This document shows positions 1 to 11,444 of a stretch of DNA of 64,000 nucleotides, in pieces. The stretch comes from Nitrosopumilus sp. (lineage in GTDB: Archaea > Thermoproteota > Nitrososphaeria > Nitrososphaerales > Nitrosopumilaceae), in the NCBI GenBank assembly GCA_965203315.1, contig OZ241857.1, positions 1,600,001-1,664,000 on the forward strand. The letters are read 5' to 3'. Below the pieces are notes generated by a model that was not told where the DNA came from, did no database searches, and saw nothing but the letters and a program-made list of their open reading frames with translations. The number at the start of each line of letters is the position of its first letter. Position 1 is the first letter of the stretch. Position numbers and translations under genes: made by a program.

Positions 1-162
1 ACTCTCAAAGATTCTTTTTGCAGTATCATAGCTAGGTTGTGATCTGCCTGACTCTATCTGATTTATCATAGAAGTGCTGACTCTGGACACAGTCGCCAGC
101 TTTTTCTGCGTGATACCGATCTTTTGACGTATCTGTTTTATCGAGTCTATCCTTGGAAGCAT
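1..162 (-). CDS. XRE-family HTH transcriptional regulator (probably HTH-CBS), runs off window start
   Basis: Reverse strand from ATG at 162 reads MLPRIDSIKQIRQKIGITQKKLATVSRVSTSMINQIESGRSQPSY, a typical HTH_3 motif. Confidence 0.8.
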   Translation of the reverse strand, partial: MLPRIDSIKQIRQKIGITQKKLATVSRVSTSMINQIESGRSQPSYDTAKRIFES

Positions 163-784
163 ATGTTGTGGTTTACAACTGTTTTAATTTATACTTGGCT
201 TATTGATCATACGTACTAGTATTGCGTTGTAGCCACAATCGGTCGTATGATTTTTGATCTCTGACAGAGTATTACATCTAGATACAACACACTCGTTGGC
301 ATGATGTTGCGCCATAACAACAATCATTCACAGTGAATGGAACACTTGACTCTCGTGATTGTACCAAACATCATGAATGTTACGTGTATGACACACGTCT
401 TACAATCTCAACATGAAAAATTTGTTCATTAGATTTGTACAAACTTTTGATGGAAAAGTTTGTATGTCATCATTATGGTCACTATGAACTAACAAATCAA
501 AGATCATACTCTTGGTTATTGTACCGATATTCTGTTTTTGCTTGTTTTACAAAACTTGGCATTTCTAGATTTTAATTCAAGCTATTTTATTAGCCATCTC
601 ATCGTAGTAGCGACCAAACGAAAAGTCTCAGAGTTGTTCTCAAACCATTCAATAATAGTTGAGGCTTGTTATTTCATCCAAATTTTACACAAATCTGCAG
701 ATTTGATAATCCTATATCGTCTGTCACTAGTTGTAGAGCAATTCATGTCTAGTTTAAATATCAAATTAAATAGCGTATATTACA

Positions 785-1552
785 TTGACTATATCTCCTA
801 ATACCAAAAAAGCTCTAGAGAATATAGGACTAAACATCTCTGAGATCAAAGCGATCGCTACCTTGATAAAGTCAAAAGGGATAATAGCCACGGATCTGAG
901 TCAAGAAGCTGATATCCCACACTCCCGAGTATATGAGACTTTAAGAACACTAGAGGAGAAAGAGTGGGTCGGTTCAGACGACTCACGACCGACCAAATAC
1001 TTTCTAAAGTCACCATCGACTGGAGTACAAACTATGAAGCAGAGGATAGAGGCAGAGTTTGTACAGAATCAGAATATAATATTAAACGAACTAGTACCGC
1101 TGTATGAGAAGAGCGGAACTAACGAACGTCCAGACATATGGGTACTGTCTGGTGTGAATAATATTGTGGCCAAGATCTCAGAGATGGTTGACATGTGCCA
1201 AAATGAGGTGATGATTGCAGTACCAGAACTCGGGGAGGGAATTGTAAAACTCGCGTTACCGAAACTACGAACTCTTCATGAAAAGGGAGTTAGCATTACT
1301 GTACTGACATCGGATCAGATGAACAAAGACTCGATAAAGTCGATCAAACGAGTCGCAGATGTTAAAGTCAAGCGCGGACTCTTTGGAGGAGGAATAATTG
1401 CAGACAAACGCTATGTGGTGATCTTGTTGGGTCCAGAGATGGGAAGTCCGGATTCTACAGAGATTGTGGCGATCTGGGCAGATCATGCAGGATTGGCTGT
1501 ATTTGCACGACAATACTTTGAATACTTATTAAAAGATTCAAAGAAGGTATAA
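785..1552 (+). CDS. TrmB-family transcriptional regulator
   Basis: N-terminal wHTH (DLSQEADIPHSRVYETLRTLEEKEWV...RPTKY) plus effector domain. Confidence 0.9.
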   Translation: MTISPNTKKALENIGLNISEIKAIATLIKSKGIIATDLSQEADIPHSRVYETLRTLEEKEWVGSDDSRPTKYFLKSPSTGVQTMKQRIEAEFVQNQNIILNELVPLYEKSGTNERPDIWVLSGVNNIVAKISEMVDMCQNEVMIAVPELGEGIVKLALPKLRTLHEKGVSITVLTSDQMNKDSIKSIKRVADVKVKRGLFGGGIIADKRYVVILLGPEMGSPDSTEIVAIWADHAGLAVFARQYFEYLLKDSKKV

Positions 1553-1553
1553 T

Positions 1554-2030
1554 GTGAAAAACAAATCAATCGACGAATATGATGAACCATTTTTTGTAGG
1601 TACTGCAGAGGCAGAACATGTAGAGATGTACCTAAAAGCGATATGGCACATCAAGGAGCGAGGGGAATCTGTAAAGATTACGAGTATTGCAAAGATGCTT
1701 CATATACGACAGCCCAGTGTTGTCCAGATGTTAAAAAAGTTACATAACAAGGGTCTTGTAACATACAACAAGGCAGGCGTGAGGCTTACTAAAGACGGTG
1801 CACAGATTGGCTCTGATATGATGCGAAATAGTCGACTGTTAGAGGTACTCATGGAGAGTGCATTAAAAGTTGAGATTGACGAAGAGATGGTCTGTGGTAT
1901 TGAACATCACATGAACAAACAGTTTACAAATGCGTTATGTACAATGTTAAACCATCCTAGAAAATGTCCTCATAATTACAATATTCCGATGGGCGAATGT
2001 TGCCAGCCTCAAGATGACAATATCAACTAG
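1554..2030 (+). CDS. DtxR/MntR-family metal-dependent repressor
   Basis: EMYLKAIW, PSVVQMLKKL, RLLE, CGIEHH and CPH motifs. Confidence 0.9.
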   Translation: MKNKSIDEYDEPFFVGTAEAEHVEMYLKAIWHIKERGESVKITSIAKMLHIRQPSVVQMLKKLHNKGLVTYNKAGVRLTKDGAQIGSDMMRNSRLLEVLMESALKVEIDEEMVCGIEHHMNKQFTNALCTMLNHPRKCPHNYNIPMGECCQPQDDNIN

Positions 2031-2860
2031 TTATCACATCGACAAGAATATTTTTTGTGTAAAACAATAGATTTCATACACACAAAACTAATCACATATC
2101 GAGTTGACACAATACTCGGGCAATAAGATCAAGTATCGCAATATCACATTTAATCGTATTGACAATCAAATATAGTACAAATCATTATACTATTATGAGC
2201 AAAATTATCTCTGGTTACTCTTGTGTTGTGATTGAAAATGTAGTTTGTCTAGAGTAATTAGCTGTCACAAAATTGTATTTTTAACAAATTGCAATATTTT
2301 ACGAGTTCTATTGTTCTATGGACATTACATTTATTCTCATATGATGTTCATAATTAAACGCTAACAAAAATGAGGTTTCTGGAGGTAAAGATCAACTCTA
2401 TTCTACTGATTGCTGTAAACTATAGATTCATAATATGCATAGTATTTATTGGACAACGACTGCTTTTAAATATTACAATCTGCAAAAAATTACACGTTTA
2501 TGTCTCTGATTGTGTTGGAAGGTTATTCTAGTCTGAAAACTAGATTTGGCCATACGGGTGGTTTTGGAGATGTGATTTGATTCTATGCTGATATATTTCG
2601 AATACAACTTTTTAATCTAACCGGCAAGTTACTCATGTACTGAGCAATTGTTGTCTTTGTGACCCCTCTACTCTTCTCACATAATGTGCTGTACTGCATC
2701 TATCTAGTTTATCGATATCTGTCCTTATCTCACAATCGTGTCTAGTTCCACATACTTGGAGTTATACACGTACATCTTTGATTAAATGAAATACTTTCAG
2801 GATCGTATGTCGTTTGCTGTAAAACAGTTTATTATACCCTCTTTATTTTATAATCGTAAA

Positions 2861-5494
2861 ATGAGATCTATCTACTTTTATGATAAAGGAGACAGCAAGA
2901 ATCGAAAACTGCTTGGTGGCAAGGGAGCAGGACTTTGTGAGATGACTCAGCTCAAACTGCCGGTTCCGCCAGGGTTTACTATAACGACTGAAGTTTGTAA
3001 GACATACTATGCCAACAACAAGCGACTCCCAGAGACTCTGATGACTGAAGTTAGAAGAAATATTTCAAAGATCGGGACTAGTACTGGCAAACGATGGAAT
3101 TCTACTGAAAATCCTCTTCTAGTCTCTGTGCGCTCTGGAGCTGCAATATCGATGCCAGGAATGATGGACACAATTCTAAATTTGGGACTAAACGATGATG
3201 TAGTCCAAGGTCTTGCAGATATAACGAATAACCCTAGATTTGCATGGGACTCTTATCGTAGATTTGTACAGCTATTTGGTAAAGTTGTATTTGGCATAAA
3301 CGATATAGAATTTGATCAAATACTTGATGCGATGAAGGAACGCCAAGGCGTGTCCGAAGACAGAGATCTTGATGTGGATTCGTTAAAACAGATAGTTCAA
3401 GATTACAAGAATATATGTAAGAGACATACCGGAAGAGAGTTCCCATCAGAACCAGACACACAACTAGAACTTGCAATAAAGGCTGTCTTTGAGAGTTGGA
3501 TGGGTGAACGTGCAGTGGTATATAGAGAAAAGAACAACATCACAAAGGCGATTGCAGATGGTACAGCGGTAAACGTAGTTGCTATGGTATTTGGAAATAT
3601 GGGTGATGACAGTGCTACTGGTGTTGTATTCACGCGCAGTCCAGAGAATGGTGAAAAACAGATCTATGGCGAATATCTGACAAACGCACAAGGTGAAGAT
3701 GTTGTAGCTGGAGTTAGAACTGGAAGATCAATCAGTCAGATGAAGACTAGTCTACCTGAATCGTACAAACAACTTGTAGAGACATGTAATAGACTTGAGA
3801 GACATTTTCGTGAACCACAAGACATCGAGTTTACCATCGAACAAGGCAGATTTTATCTACTACAGACTAGAAACGCAAAGATGAATGCAGTTGGAATGGT
3901 AAAGACATCCGTTGATATGGTCCAAGAGAGATTAATAGACAAGAATCGCGCACTGCAAAGACTAGATGCTGAACAACTCGAACAACTATTACATACTACG
4001 ATCGATCCTAAATCACTCAAAAAACACACTCAGTTTGCAAAAGGTATAGCTGCGTCACCAGGCGCTGCAAGTGGCGTTGTAGTATTTGATGTGAGACGTG
4101 CGGTGGAGATGGGAGAGAGTGGCACCAAAGTCATACTGATCCGTGAGGAGACAAAACCTGAAGACGTTCCTGCATTCTTTGAATCTGTAGGAATTTTGAC
4201 TAGTCGTGGTGGTAAGACATCACACGCAGCTGTAGTGGCACGAGGTATGGGCAAGCCATGCATAGTAGGATGTACAGATCTCAAGATCGATTACAATAAG
4301 CGACAATGCATCTCGTCTGGTACAACACTGCGAGAAGGAGACGAGATAACTATTGACGGAAGCACCGGTACAGTATACAAAGGAACCATTCCGATGATAG
4401 AACCCAAGATAACATCAGACTTTGAGAAGATTTTAGAGTGGTCTCAAAAGACGAAAAAGATCGGCATACGAGCAAATGCAGATACACCCTCAGCAGCAAA
4501 ACTTGCACGTCGATTTGGTGGTCAAGGAATAGGGCTATGTAGAACAGAGCGTATGTTTAACGCAAGTGATAGAATCGGTCTATTTGTAGAGATGATAATG
4601 GCCAAAGATATCAAAGAGCGAGGCGCAATACTCAAAAAACTCGGTAAACTACAGAGACGTGATTTTGCTCAGATACTCAAAGCAATGGAAGGATACAACG
4701 TTACGATCAGATTGTTGGATCCACCACTACATGAGTTTCTTCCTAATCCAGAAGATCTTGTAGCAAAGATACGCAAGATGAAGAGAACAGATGCTGAAAA
4801 ATATGATGTAATACTTGAACGTGCAAAAGAGTTGGCAGAGGTCAATCCAATGATGGGCCATCGTGGTGTACGTGTAGGAGTTACATATCCTGAGATATAT
4901 GAAATGCAGATACGCGCAGTCTTTGAAGCGCTAGTAGATCTTGTAAAGAAAGGCGTAGACGCAAAACCCCAGATAATGATTCCACAAGTGAGTAGTATAT
5001 CTGAACTAGATCATATTAAATCGATATACGACACTGTAAAGTCCGATATTGAAAAAAAACACAAGATGCAACTTCAAGTTAATTTTGGAACCATGATCGA
5101 GGTTGTCCGAGCTGCACTTACTGCAAACGAGCTTGCAACCACTGCCGAGTTTTTCAGTTTTGGAACAAATGATCTCACACAAGGAACATTCAGTTTTAGC
5201 CGTGAAGATGTAGAAGGAAAGTTTCTTCCAGAATATCTAGAGAAAGAGTTACTCGAGTATAATCCATTTCAGTCCATAGATATCAATGGTGTTGGAAGCC
5301 TGATGGAGATCGGAATTGCTGCTGGGCGTCGTGTCTCTAAAAATATTGAGATTGGAATTTGTGGAGAACATGGAGGAGATCCACGTTCTATAAAATTCTG
5401 CCATAATGCTGGTTTGAACTATGTTAGTGCATCCCCGCACAGGATTCCAATAGCTATTGTAGCTGCTGCTCAAGCCGCAATTGATTCAAACTGA
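2861..5494 (+). CDS. ppdK: Pyruvate, phosphate dikinase
   Basis: GGKGAGL, VSVRSGA-SMPGMMDT, GGKTSHAAVVARG (catalytic His), FSFGTNDL, ICGEHGG; ATG 2861 is a more likely start than 2786. Confidence 0.97.
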   Translation: MRSIYFYDKGDSKNRKLLGGKGAGLCEMTQLKLPVPPGFTITTEVCKTYYANNKRLPETLMTEVRRNISKIGTSTGKRWNSTENPLLVSVRSGAAISMPGMMDTILNLGLNDDVVQGLADITNNPRFAWDSYRRFVQLFGKVVFGINDIEFDQILDAMKERQGVSEDRDLDVDSLKQIVQDYKNICKRHTGREFPSEPDTQLELAIKAVFESWMGERAVVYREKNNITKAIADGTAVNVVAMVFGNMGDDSATGVVFTRSPENGEKQIYGEYLTNAQGEDVVAGVRTGRSISQMKTSLPESYKQLVETCNRLERHFREPQDIEFTIEQGRFYLLQTRNAKMNAVGMVKTSVDMVQERLIDKNRALQRLDAEQLEQLLHTTIDPKSLKKHTQFAKGIAASPGAASGVVVFDVRRAVEMGESGTKVILIREETKPEDVPAFFESVGILTSRGGKTSHAAVVARGMGKPCIVGCTDLKIDYNKRQCISSGTTLREGDEITIDGSTGTVYKGTIPMIEPKITSDFEKILEWSQKTKKIGIRANADTPSAAKLARRFGGQGIGLCRTERMFNASDRIGLFVEMIMAKDIKERGAILKKLGKLQRRDFAQILKAMEGYNVTIRLLDPPLHEFLPNPEDLVAKIRKMKRTDAEKYDVILERAKELAEVNPMMGHRGVRVGVTYPEIYEMQIRAVFEALVDLVKKGVDAKPQIMIPQVSSISELDHIKSIYDTVKSDIEKKHKMQLQVNFGTMIEVVRAALTANELATTAEFFSFGTNDLTQGTFSFSREDVEGKFLPEYLEKELLEYNPFQSIDINGVGSLMEIGIAAGRRVSKNIEIGICGEHGGDPRSIKFCHNAGLNYVSASPHRIPIAIVAAAQAAIDSN

Positions 5495-5914
5495 TAGATT
5501 CTAAGGTTGACGTTTTATGATGTTTCTGTAAATATTCCAAATTGTATTGTACCCACATTGTGTGGACATTGTGTCCACCACCAAAAGTTATCCTCTATCA
5601 ATTTTACATTGTTCCTCTGATCTCGCTAGTTGCAACCTTGGTCGCAAAAACTGATCTTGGCACTTCATAATGAGATATGGGTTTTGTTATCTTTGTGAAG
5701 AATCTGTTCGATTTGCGCGGGATGACATTTCGTAAGGCTATTTTTATTTTTTCCTTATAGAATCTTGTAGTGTTTTTTCTGTAACCATTCTGTTCCACGT
5801 AAATCGAAAAGATCTCGTGTGAATAGTTCATAATGATTCCCTCTAATTCACACTGATGACAGAACAGTAGCTATATCCTTTTATATCATAGTCTTGTATC
5901 CAAGTATATTGGCA

Positions 5915-6457
5915 ATGAAGACCCGTTCTGTTAAAAGTGACAAAACCATAAATGAACTTGCTAAAAAAGCTATACACAGTCACATATCTCCTACGCAAAT
6001 CGATATTTACTTTGATCAAAATCAGATTGAAACCAAGTCAGAGCAAATTACGTTTTTAAAATACTGTGCTGAAAACTATCAACCATACTTTCAGATATAC
6101 ATGCGTAAAGAATTGAAAAAATATGTCAAAAAAACAAAACAGTCAGCAGAATTTATCATGTGGTTAGCTAAAACAGATATAAATTTAATAAATTATGATA
6201 TCTTGATTGAACTATATGATGAGGATTTAGACTTGTTCAGGTTTTTTCATGATGAATTTTCAAAAGATAAAAACATAAGCACTGCTCAAATCTTAGGAAT
6301 TTTACTTGGCGGTATGGGCAAATCTAAACCATCTCAATTATTTGAAATCTTACTTGCTAAGGAGCACAAATATAATTTAGAGATTGTAGCAATAAATTCT
6401 ATATGGGTGACCAGCAAATATCAAAAAATTCCAAAAAAAATCATTTCATTAATTATA
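5915..6457 (+). pseudogene. 5' part of a large helical protein gene interrupted by an IS (continues at 7994)
   Basis: Frame runs ...SLII up to the target duplication ATA (6455-6457), then into the IS left repeat. Confidence 0.8.
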
Positions 6458-7990
6458 AGACATTATGCGTTAGTCGTTTTGACCGAAACACTTAGATCGT
6501 AGGTCTAAAAATAGCAATCATTGAGTCAAAAAACTAGTACGTCAGACGGACAAATACTGTGTCTCCAGCAAAGAGTAAAAGAGTTAGAGCAGACTGTTAG
6601 TGAACTAGAGCAACAACGAGATACTGTTGCAGAACAACTCGACCAAGAGGCGAACAATAAACCTAATTTTTACAGACAGAAAACAGAAAAGGTTGACGAT
6701 TTTTGCAATAGAATCCTCTCCAAACCAGCTACTTTGTATAAATTCACAAAAATGACGCCCAATCTATTCGCGCTGTATGAAAAAGAATACAAACAATACA
6801 TCAAAGATGAACCAATTAGAGAGAGACGCAATGATCAACTCAACAAGAGACGTAAAGAGGAACTAGATGGCGAACCAAAGATACCACAATACTCTGGCGT
6901 CAATGTCAAACGAGGAAAGGTGTCAGTATTAAACACAACAGCTGCCATGTTGATGGAGTTTATGTCTGCTCGAGCTGGAATGACTCAAGATGTGATTGGG
7001 TCCATATTTGATATGAGTCAAAGCAATGTCTCTAGACATACTAGACATGTACGTAGATTCCTGAATCAATCTTGGACAAGACCAATAGATATAGCAGACC
7101 AGATCTCTAAATGTAAAACATTGCAAGATCTACGAGAATGGATTCCTCGCTTAAAGACTGCAATTGATGGGACTCATTTCATAATCGATATACCATCAGA
7201 TTCTCAGTTAGAAAAGTGGTCAAGGTCTGGTAAACTAAAGAAACACACTTGTGTAATTCTAGTAATGGTGAACAAAGAAAAACTGATCCTAACTATGAGC
7301 CCATTGTACTATGGTAGTACGCACGAGATAACCATACTCAAAGAGTGGAAATTGGGATTTGGTAAATGGGAAGACAAGATGAGAGATCCATCAACTCCAC
7401 GTAAAGAGAGAATAAAGATGCGTCAGGATTCTGCATACCAAGGTGGCGAGAGTGTATTTCCGGGAACAAACTTTATCGTACCATTCAAAAAACCTCGTGG
7501 CGGCGAGCTCACCAAAGAGCAGAAAGAGTTTAACCGAGATCACAGCTCAGAACGCGTGGTGGTTGAAAATTCTATAGGAATGATCAAGCAGTATCGTCAC
7601 ATGCAACAACAAATTGAATGTGTTGAACCTGATTTAGAAAAAAGAATCGAAGAGGTAGCAGCACTTGTAAATGCAGGCATATTATGGGACAAAAGACGCG
7701 ATCGACCGACCAAGAGATTTGATAAGCTATTGCGTGCATATCATCGGCGTGCCAACAAATTGAGAAAGAGATACGGCTAAAACATCACAAATGCAATACC
7801 GGATACCATTATCTATTTATGATTTACTGCATTCCTGTACATTCGTGTACATTAACGCAACATTTTGATTGTATTTGCAAAGTTGAATGAGATATTCTAA
7901 TTTTAGACACTTGTGTAATGACGTTGACGCAATAACTTACGAATTTCAACCAGCTTTGGTATCGTTGAAAACGACTAACGCATAATGTCT
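6458..7990 (+). mobile_element. IS5-family (ISL2/Harbinger-like) insertion sequence, 1533 bp
   Basis: Perfect 23-bp TIRs AGACATTATGCGTTAGTCGTTTT (6458-6480 / 7968-7990); 3-bp TSD ATA at 6455-6457 and 7991-7993. Confidence 0.93.
6521..7780 (+). CDS. DDE transposase (DDE_Tnp_4 / ISL2-like)
   Basis: AIDGTH, SGKLKKHT, GSTHE, QDSAYQG, FNRDHSSERVVVENSIG; HTH GMTQDVIGSIFDMSQSNVSR. Confidence 0.92.
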   Translation: MSQKTSTSDGQILCLQQRVKELEQTVSELEQQRDTVAEQLDQEANNKPNFYRQKTEKVDDFCNRILSKPATLYKFTKMTPNLFALYEKEYKQYIKDEPIRERRNDQLNKRRKEELDGEPKIPQYSGVNVKRGKVSVLNTTAAMLMEFMSARAGMTQDVIGSIFDMSQSNVSRHTRHVRRFLNQSWTRPIDIADQISKCKTLQDLREWIPRLKTAIDGTHFIIDIPSDSQLEKWSRSGKLKKHTCVILVMVNKEKLILTMSPLYYGSTHEITILKEWKLGFGKWEDKMRDPSTPRKERIKMRQDSAYQGGESVFPGTNFIVPFKKPRGGELTKEQKEFNRDHSSERVVVENSIGMIKQYRHMQQQIECVEPDLEKRIEEVAALVNAGILWDKRRDRPTKRFDKLLRAYHRRANKLRKRYG

Positions 7991-9607
7991 ATAGATTATG
8001 CTAATCTATCAGACGAAAAAATAAGTCATAGCTCAATCAATCTTTTGTTGATACTTGCAGATAATGATGACTTTGTACAAAAACAAATATTGCATCTTGC
8101 TAAGCAAGATGATCATCTTAAATATATGATCTCTGGAACAATGTCATTTTTAGTATCATATACAAAACAAAACAAATTTTTTGTTTTAAAATTATTTCAA
8201 GAGTGTCTTAAAATAAAGCCTCAAACTAAAAAAGAAGACATACTTGTTGATTTTAGACATCTGATAGATTATTATCCTATCGAATACTTAAAAGTCTTGA
8301 TAGATTGGATAAGATCTTCTAAATCCATTGATTCAAGTAGAAAATTTGATTATCAAATACAAGAGATTGGTCAAAAAGGAAACATTAAGGAAATTGAAGC
8401 GTTATTATTAGATTGGGTTAGTACAGAAAAATCCAATCCTGTGCTAGAGAATAAAATGTTGGGCTTTTTATCTAATATTTATGTAGGCAAGCCGATTGAA
8501 CTAATATGTCTGTTAAAACAAATCTATAAAAAAGAGAAACACCGCACTAAATTTATTGCTAATGCAATACGTGAATTTTTATCGGATGAAGAAGAATTAA
8601 ACAGCAAAACTTTTTCAGAATACCATGAATTTTTACTCAAAATAGCAGATAATTGTGGAGTTGATACAAATGTAAGTAAAGAATTAAATTTTAATCTAAA
8701 AATTATTGCACTTGCTTATAATATTCAATTTTTTAAACAAAAAATAGACAAGCAAGTTGTTTTAGAAAGTCTAAAGCAATACCCAAATATTGAACGATTT
8801 TTCACAGACAACAATATTAATAATATGTTTAAAGAACCAGGTCATCCTTTAACATGCATGTTGAACAAAACTATTTATACTAAAAAAGAGACAATTACTG
8901 CACAATCTAGATATGTTAAAACGACATTGACTGAATTAGATACTTGTTTGGGGATAATCGGAAATGAACAATCTTCTGTTTTAAAATGTACGTTGAGTCA
9001 AACCACAGGATTTAACTCTGGATTTATACAGGCTATTATGTATACTAAATTGTCTAATAATTACAAAGTACAACTAGATCCAGATATTGGTTCAAAACGG
9101 CCAGATCTTTTAGTAACTATTGACGATCAAGACTATTTGTTTGAAATATACTCTCCTCAAGAAAATAATGATGTTAAATACAAATCTGGAGTACAAGTAC
9201 TAGAGGGTAAATATGTACAAAGAAAAATAATCAAAAAATTTACAGATCAGCTAACTGATTTTAGCTCTAAAAATATTCCAATTATTGCAGTCATTGACGA
9301 AACAGATGAATTTATATCTGAATATGAAAAAGTACCTTTGACATATCCTACTTTAACTCAGTCTATCTGTGAACGAATAAATAAAAATGATTCCAATTAT
9401 TGGGAATCCATAAGTGCAATTATGTCCGTTAGTTGTCGTGTTGAAAGAGATCAGTTTAAACTATATGGAAAAATTTATCCTACTGTTAGATCTAAACACC
9501 CAATATCCTCAAATATAATTCAAAAATTAAATACTGACTTGAACTTGATATCTCCTGAAATTACGTCAACTGAACATGATGGAAAGGTTTTTCAATTATA
9601 TACTTAA
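7985..9607 (+). CDS. 3' part of interrupted gene: helical region plus C-terminal PD-(D/E)xK-like nuclease motif
   Basis: In frame with 5915-6457 once the IS is removed; KRPDLLVTIDDQDYLFEIYSP resembles a PD..ExK core; ATG 7985 lies inside the IS TIR. Confidence 0.65.
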   Translation: MSIDYANLSDEKISHSSINLLLILADNDDFVQKQILHLAKQDDHLKYMISGTMSFLVSYTKQNKFFVLKLFQECLKIKPQTKKEDILVDFRHLIDYYPIEYLKVLIDWIRSSKSIDSSRKFDYQIQEIGQKGNIKEIEALLLDWVSTEKSNPVLENKMLGFLSNIYVGKPIELICLLKQIYKKEKHRTKFIANAIREFLSDEEELNSKTFSEYHEFLLKIADNCGVDTNVSKELNFNLKIIALAYNIQFFKQKIDKQVVLESLKQYPNIERFFTDNNINNMFKEPGHPLTCMLNKTIYTKKETITAQSRYVKTTLTELDTCLGIIGNEQSSVLKCTLSQTTGFNSGFIQAIMYTKLSNNYKVQLDPDIGSKRPDLLVTIDDQDYLFEIYSPQENNDVKYKSGVQVLEGKYVQRKIIKKFTDQLTDFSSKNIPIIAVIDETDEFISEYEKVPLTYPTLTQSICERINKNDSNYWESISAIMSVSCRVERDQFKLYGKIYPTVRSKHPISSNIIQKLNTDLNLISPEITSTEHDGKVFQLYT

Positions 9608-9697
9608 TATTCTAATACCGATCTGCTGTCTCTAGAACTGATTAACTAGTATTCATTACTAATTATAACAAAAATGAATCTATGCTGATGTATTCTA

Positions 9698-11230
9698 TAG
9701 TCACGAACATAATTATTTTCCGGTTCGTTTTTGCCAAATGATGTGATTTCTTTCAACATCCTCGTTGAAATCACATTGATCATAAAACATACGAGGCAAT
9801 AACAACAAAAAATCACTGATTATTAGTTCATGGTTGGAAATAAACAAAGATGATTAGTGACCAAAATTTAAAATGTCCAATGGCGCACAAAAAATTTAAA
9901 TTTTTGTTAATGTTGGTATTGAACAATAATAATTAACTAATTGATCATGTTTAGTTGACTATACATGTTTATTTGTTACTATCTTTTATGATATGTAATG
10001 AATCAAGTATGTGAGGATATGGTTAACTACATCAAAAACATGCCAAACCATAACGTACAAAAAAGAATTATTGTTGTACTAATGGTACTAAATTTTAGTT
10101 ACACACAAGTAAAAGCTGCAGAGATGGCAGGAATTACACCTCGCACCGTATTTAATTGGATTACACGGTATCAGAAAGAAGGAATTGAGGGACTCAAAGA
10201 CAAGTCAGGTCGAGGAAGGAAACCAAAAGTATCTAACCGAATGTTTGAGTACATACTGGGACTCGACAGCACCACAACAGTACAAAGAATTTTAGAGTTG
10301 GTTTTCAATATAACAAAAGTACGATATCATCCCAGCACAATACGACGCAGAATGAGAGAGCTAAGACGCTCTGCAAAGAGCTATGTCCAAGTACATTTCA
10401 CTAATCGAGCCAGTGATGAAATGATAAAAAAATTCCAAAGAGCCAACATATCTTGGATTTCACGTCTAAACAACATGGGATTTCTAGTGATGGCAGTAGA
10501 TGAGATGCACATCAACACCCACACAAAACGTCGTGTAAAAAGTTGGTCAAGGATAGGTGAAAAGATACGCATGCTAGCAGTAGCAGGAAAAGCTGAGAGA
10601 ATAACAATATTTGGAGGAATCAGCACTAACGGAAAAATATGTCATACAATACGTCATTCAGCAAATTCTAAAGACTTTATAGCATTTATGAAGATCATAC
10701 GAAAGATGCGTCCCATGATAGAACCAATAATACTCATCCTTGACGGTGCATCATGTCACACTAGTCAAATAAGTAGACGATTTGCAAAAGAAAATAACAT
10801 AAAGTTAGTGCAATTACCAGCTGCTGTTCCTGAACTCAATGCATCAGAAGCACTCTGGAAACAGTTTAGACAATATACTCCAGTCAACAAAGTCTTTAAA
10901 ACACTACGATCTCTAGAGAAACATGCAGATGAAACTATGAAAATCATGAAATGCAACGCAAATGTCATGGGTTGTCTTAAGAGAAAGATAATTACGCCAA
11001 AAATATAGCTTGAAATTACAAAAATCATTGTGTCGTGCAAGAATAAATCATGCAGACGACCATAAAATTTTGATTGTTTTGTGTATTGGCGTGAATATCT
11101 TTACAACAAATCAAAATTTATCTGACTTTTTTCGTATTTTATGATAATCGTTGTGATTTGAGCTACACGATTAACAAAAGGCAACACGATTGCTTAACAA
11201 CGAACCGGAAAATAATTATGTTCGTGACTA
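9698..11230 (+). mobile_element. IS630-family insertion sequence, 1533 bp
   Basis: Perfect 32-bp TIRs TAGTCACGAACATAATTATTTTCCGGTTCGTT (9698-9729 / 11199-11230), flanked by TA on both sides. Confidence 0.95.
9998..11008 (+). CDS. IS630-family transposase
   Basis: HTH TVFNWITRYQKEGIEGLKDKSGRGRKPK; DDE triad in AVDE, ILDGASCH, PELNASEALW. Confidence 0.93.
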   Translation: MNQVCEDMVNYIKNMPNHNVQKRIIVVLMVLNFSYTQVKAAEMAGITPRTVFNWITRYQKEGIEGLKDKSGRGRKPKVSNRMFEYILGLDSTTTVQRILELVFNITKVRYHPSTIRRRMRELRRSAKSYVQVHFTNRASDEMIKKFQRANISWISRLNNMGFLVMAVDEMHINTHTKRRVKSWSRIGEKIRMLAVAGKAERITIFGGISTNGKICHTIRHSANSKDFIAFMKIIRKMRPMIEPIILILDGASCHTSQISRRFAKENNIKLVQLPAAVPELNASEALWKQFRQYTPVNKVFKTLRSLEKHADETMKIMKCNANVMGCLKRKIITPKI

Positions 11231-11232
11231 TA

Positions 11233-11363
11233 TAGTCACGAGCGGAATTGTTTTCTTGTTTACTCCCGCATATGTGGAGCCAGAGACGGAATTTACCTCT
11301 GGCAGAACACATAACATCAAATTATGATACTGAACACTAGGAAAATTATTGTGTTCACGACTA
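11233..11363. mobile_element. 131-bp MITE with IS630-like ends, abutting the IS630
   Basis: Left end TAGTCACGAGCGGAATTGTTTTC; right end reverse-complements to TAGTCGTGAACACAATAATTTTCC; TA on both sides. Confidence 0.7.
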
Positions 11364-11444
11364 TAGACTTACAGAACTTGGTACACTTTATCGTATATGT
11401 TATATTGGCAAATTAATTTATATTAGAAATAATACAAAATTATA

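Noticed and set aside
2031-2860. Long gap before ppdK that might hide an ncRNA or mobile element
   Set aside because: No terminal repeats, stable structure or recognisable coding remnant was found.
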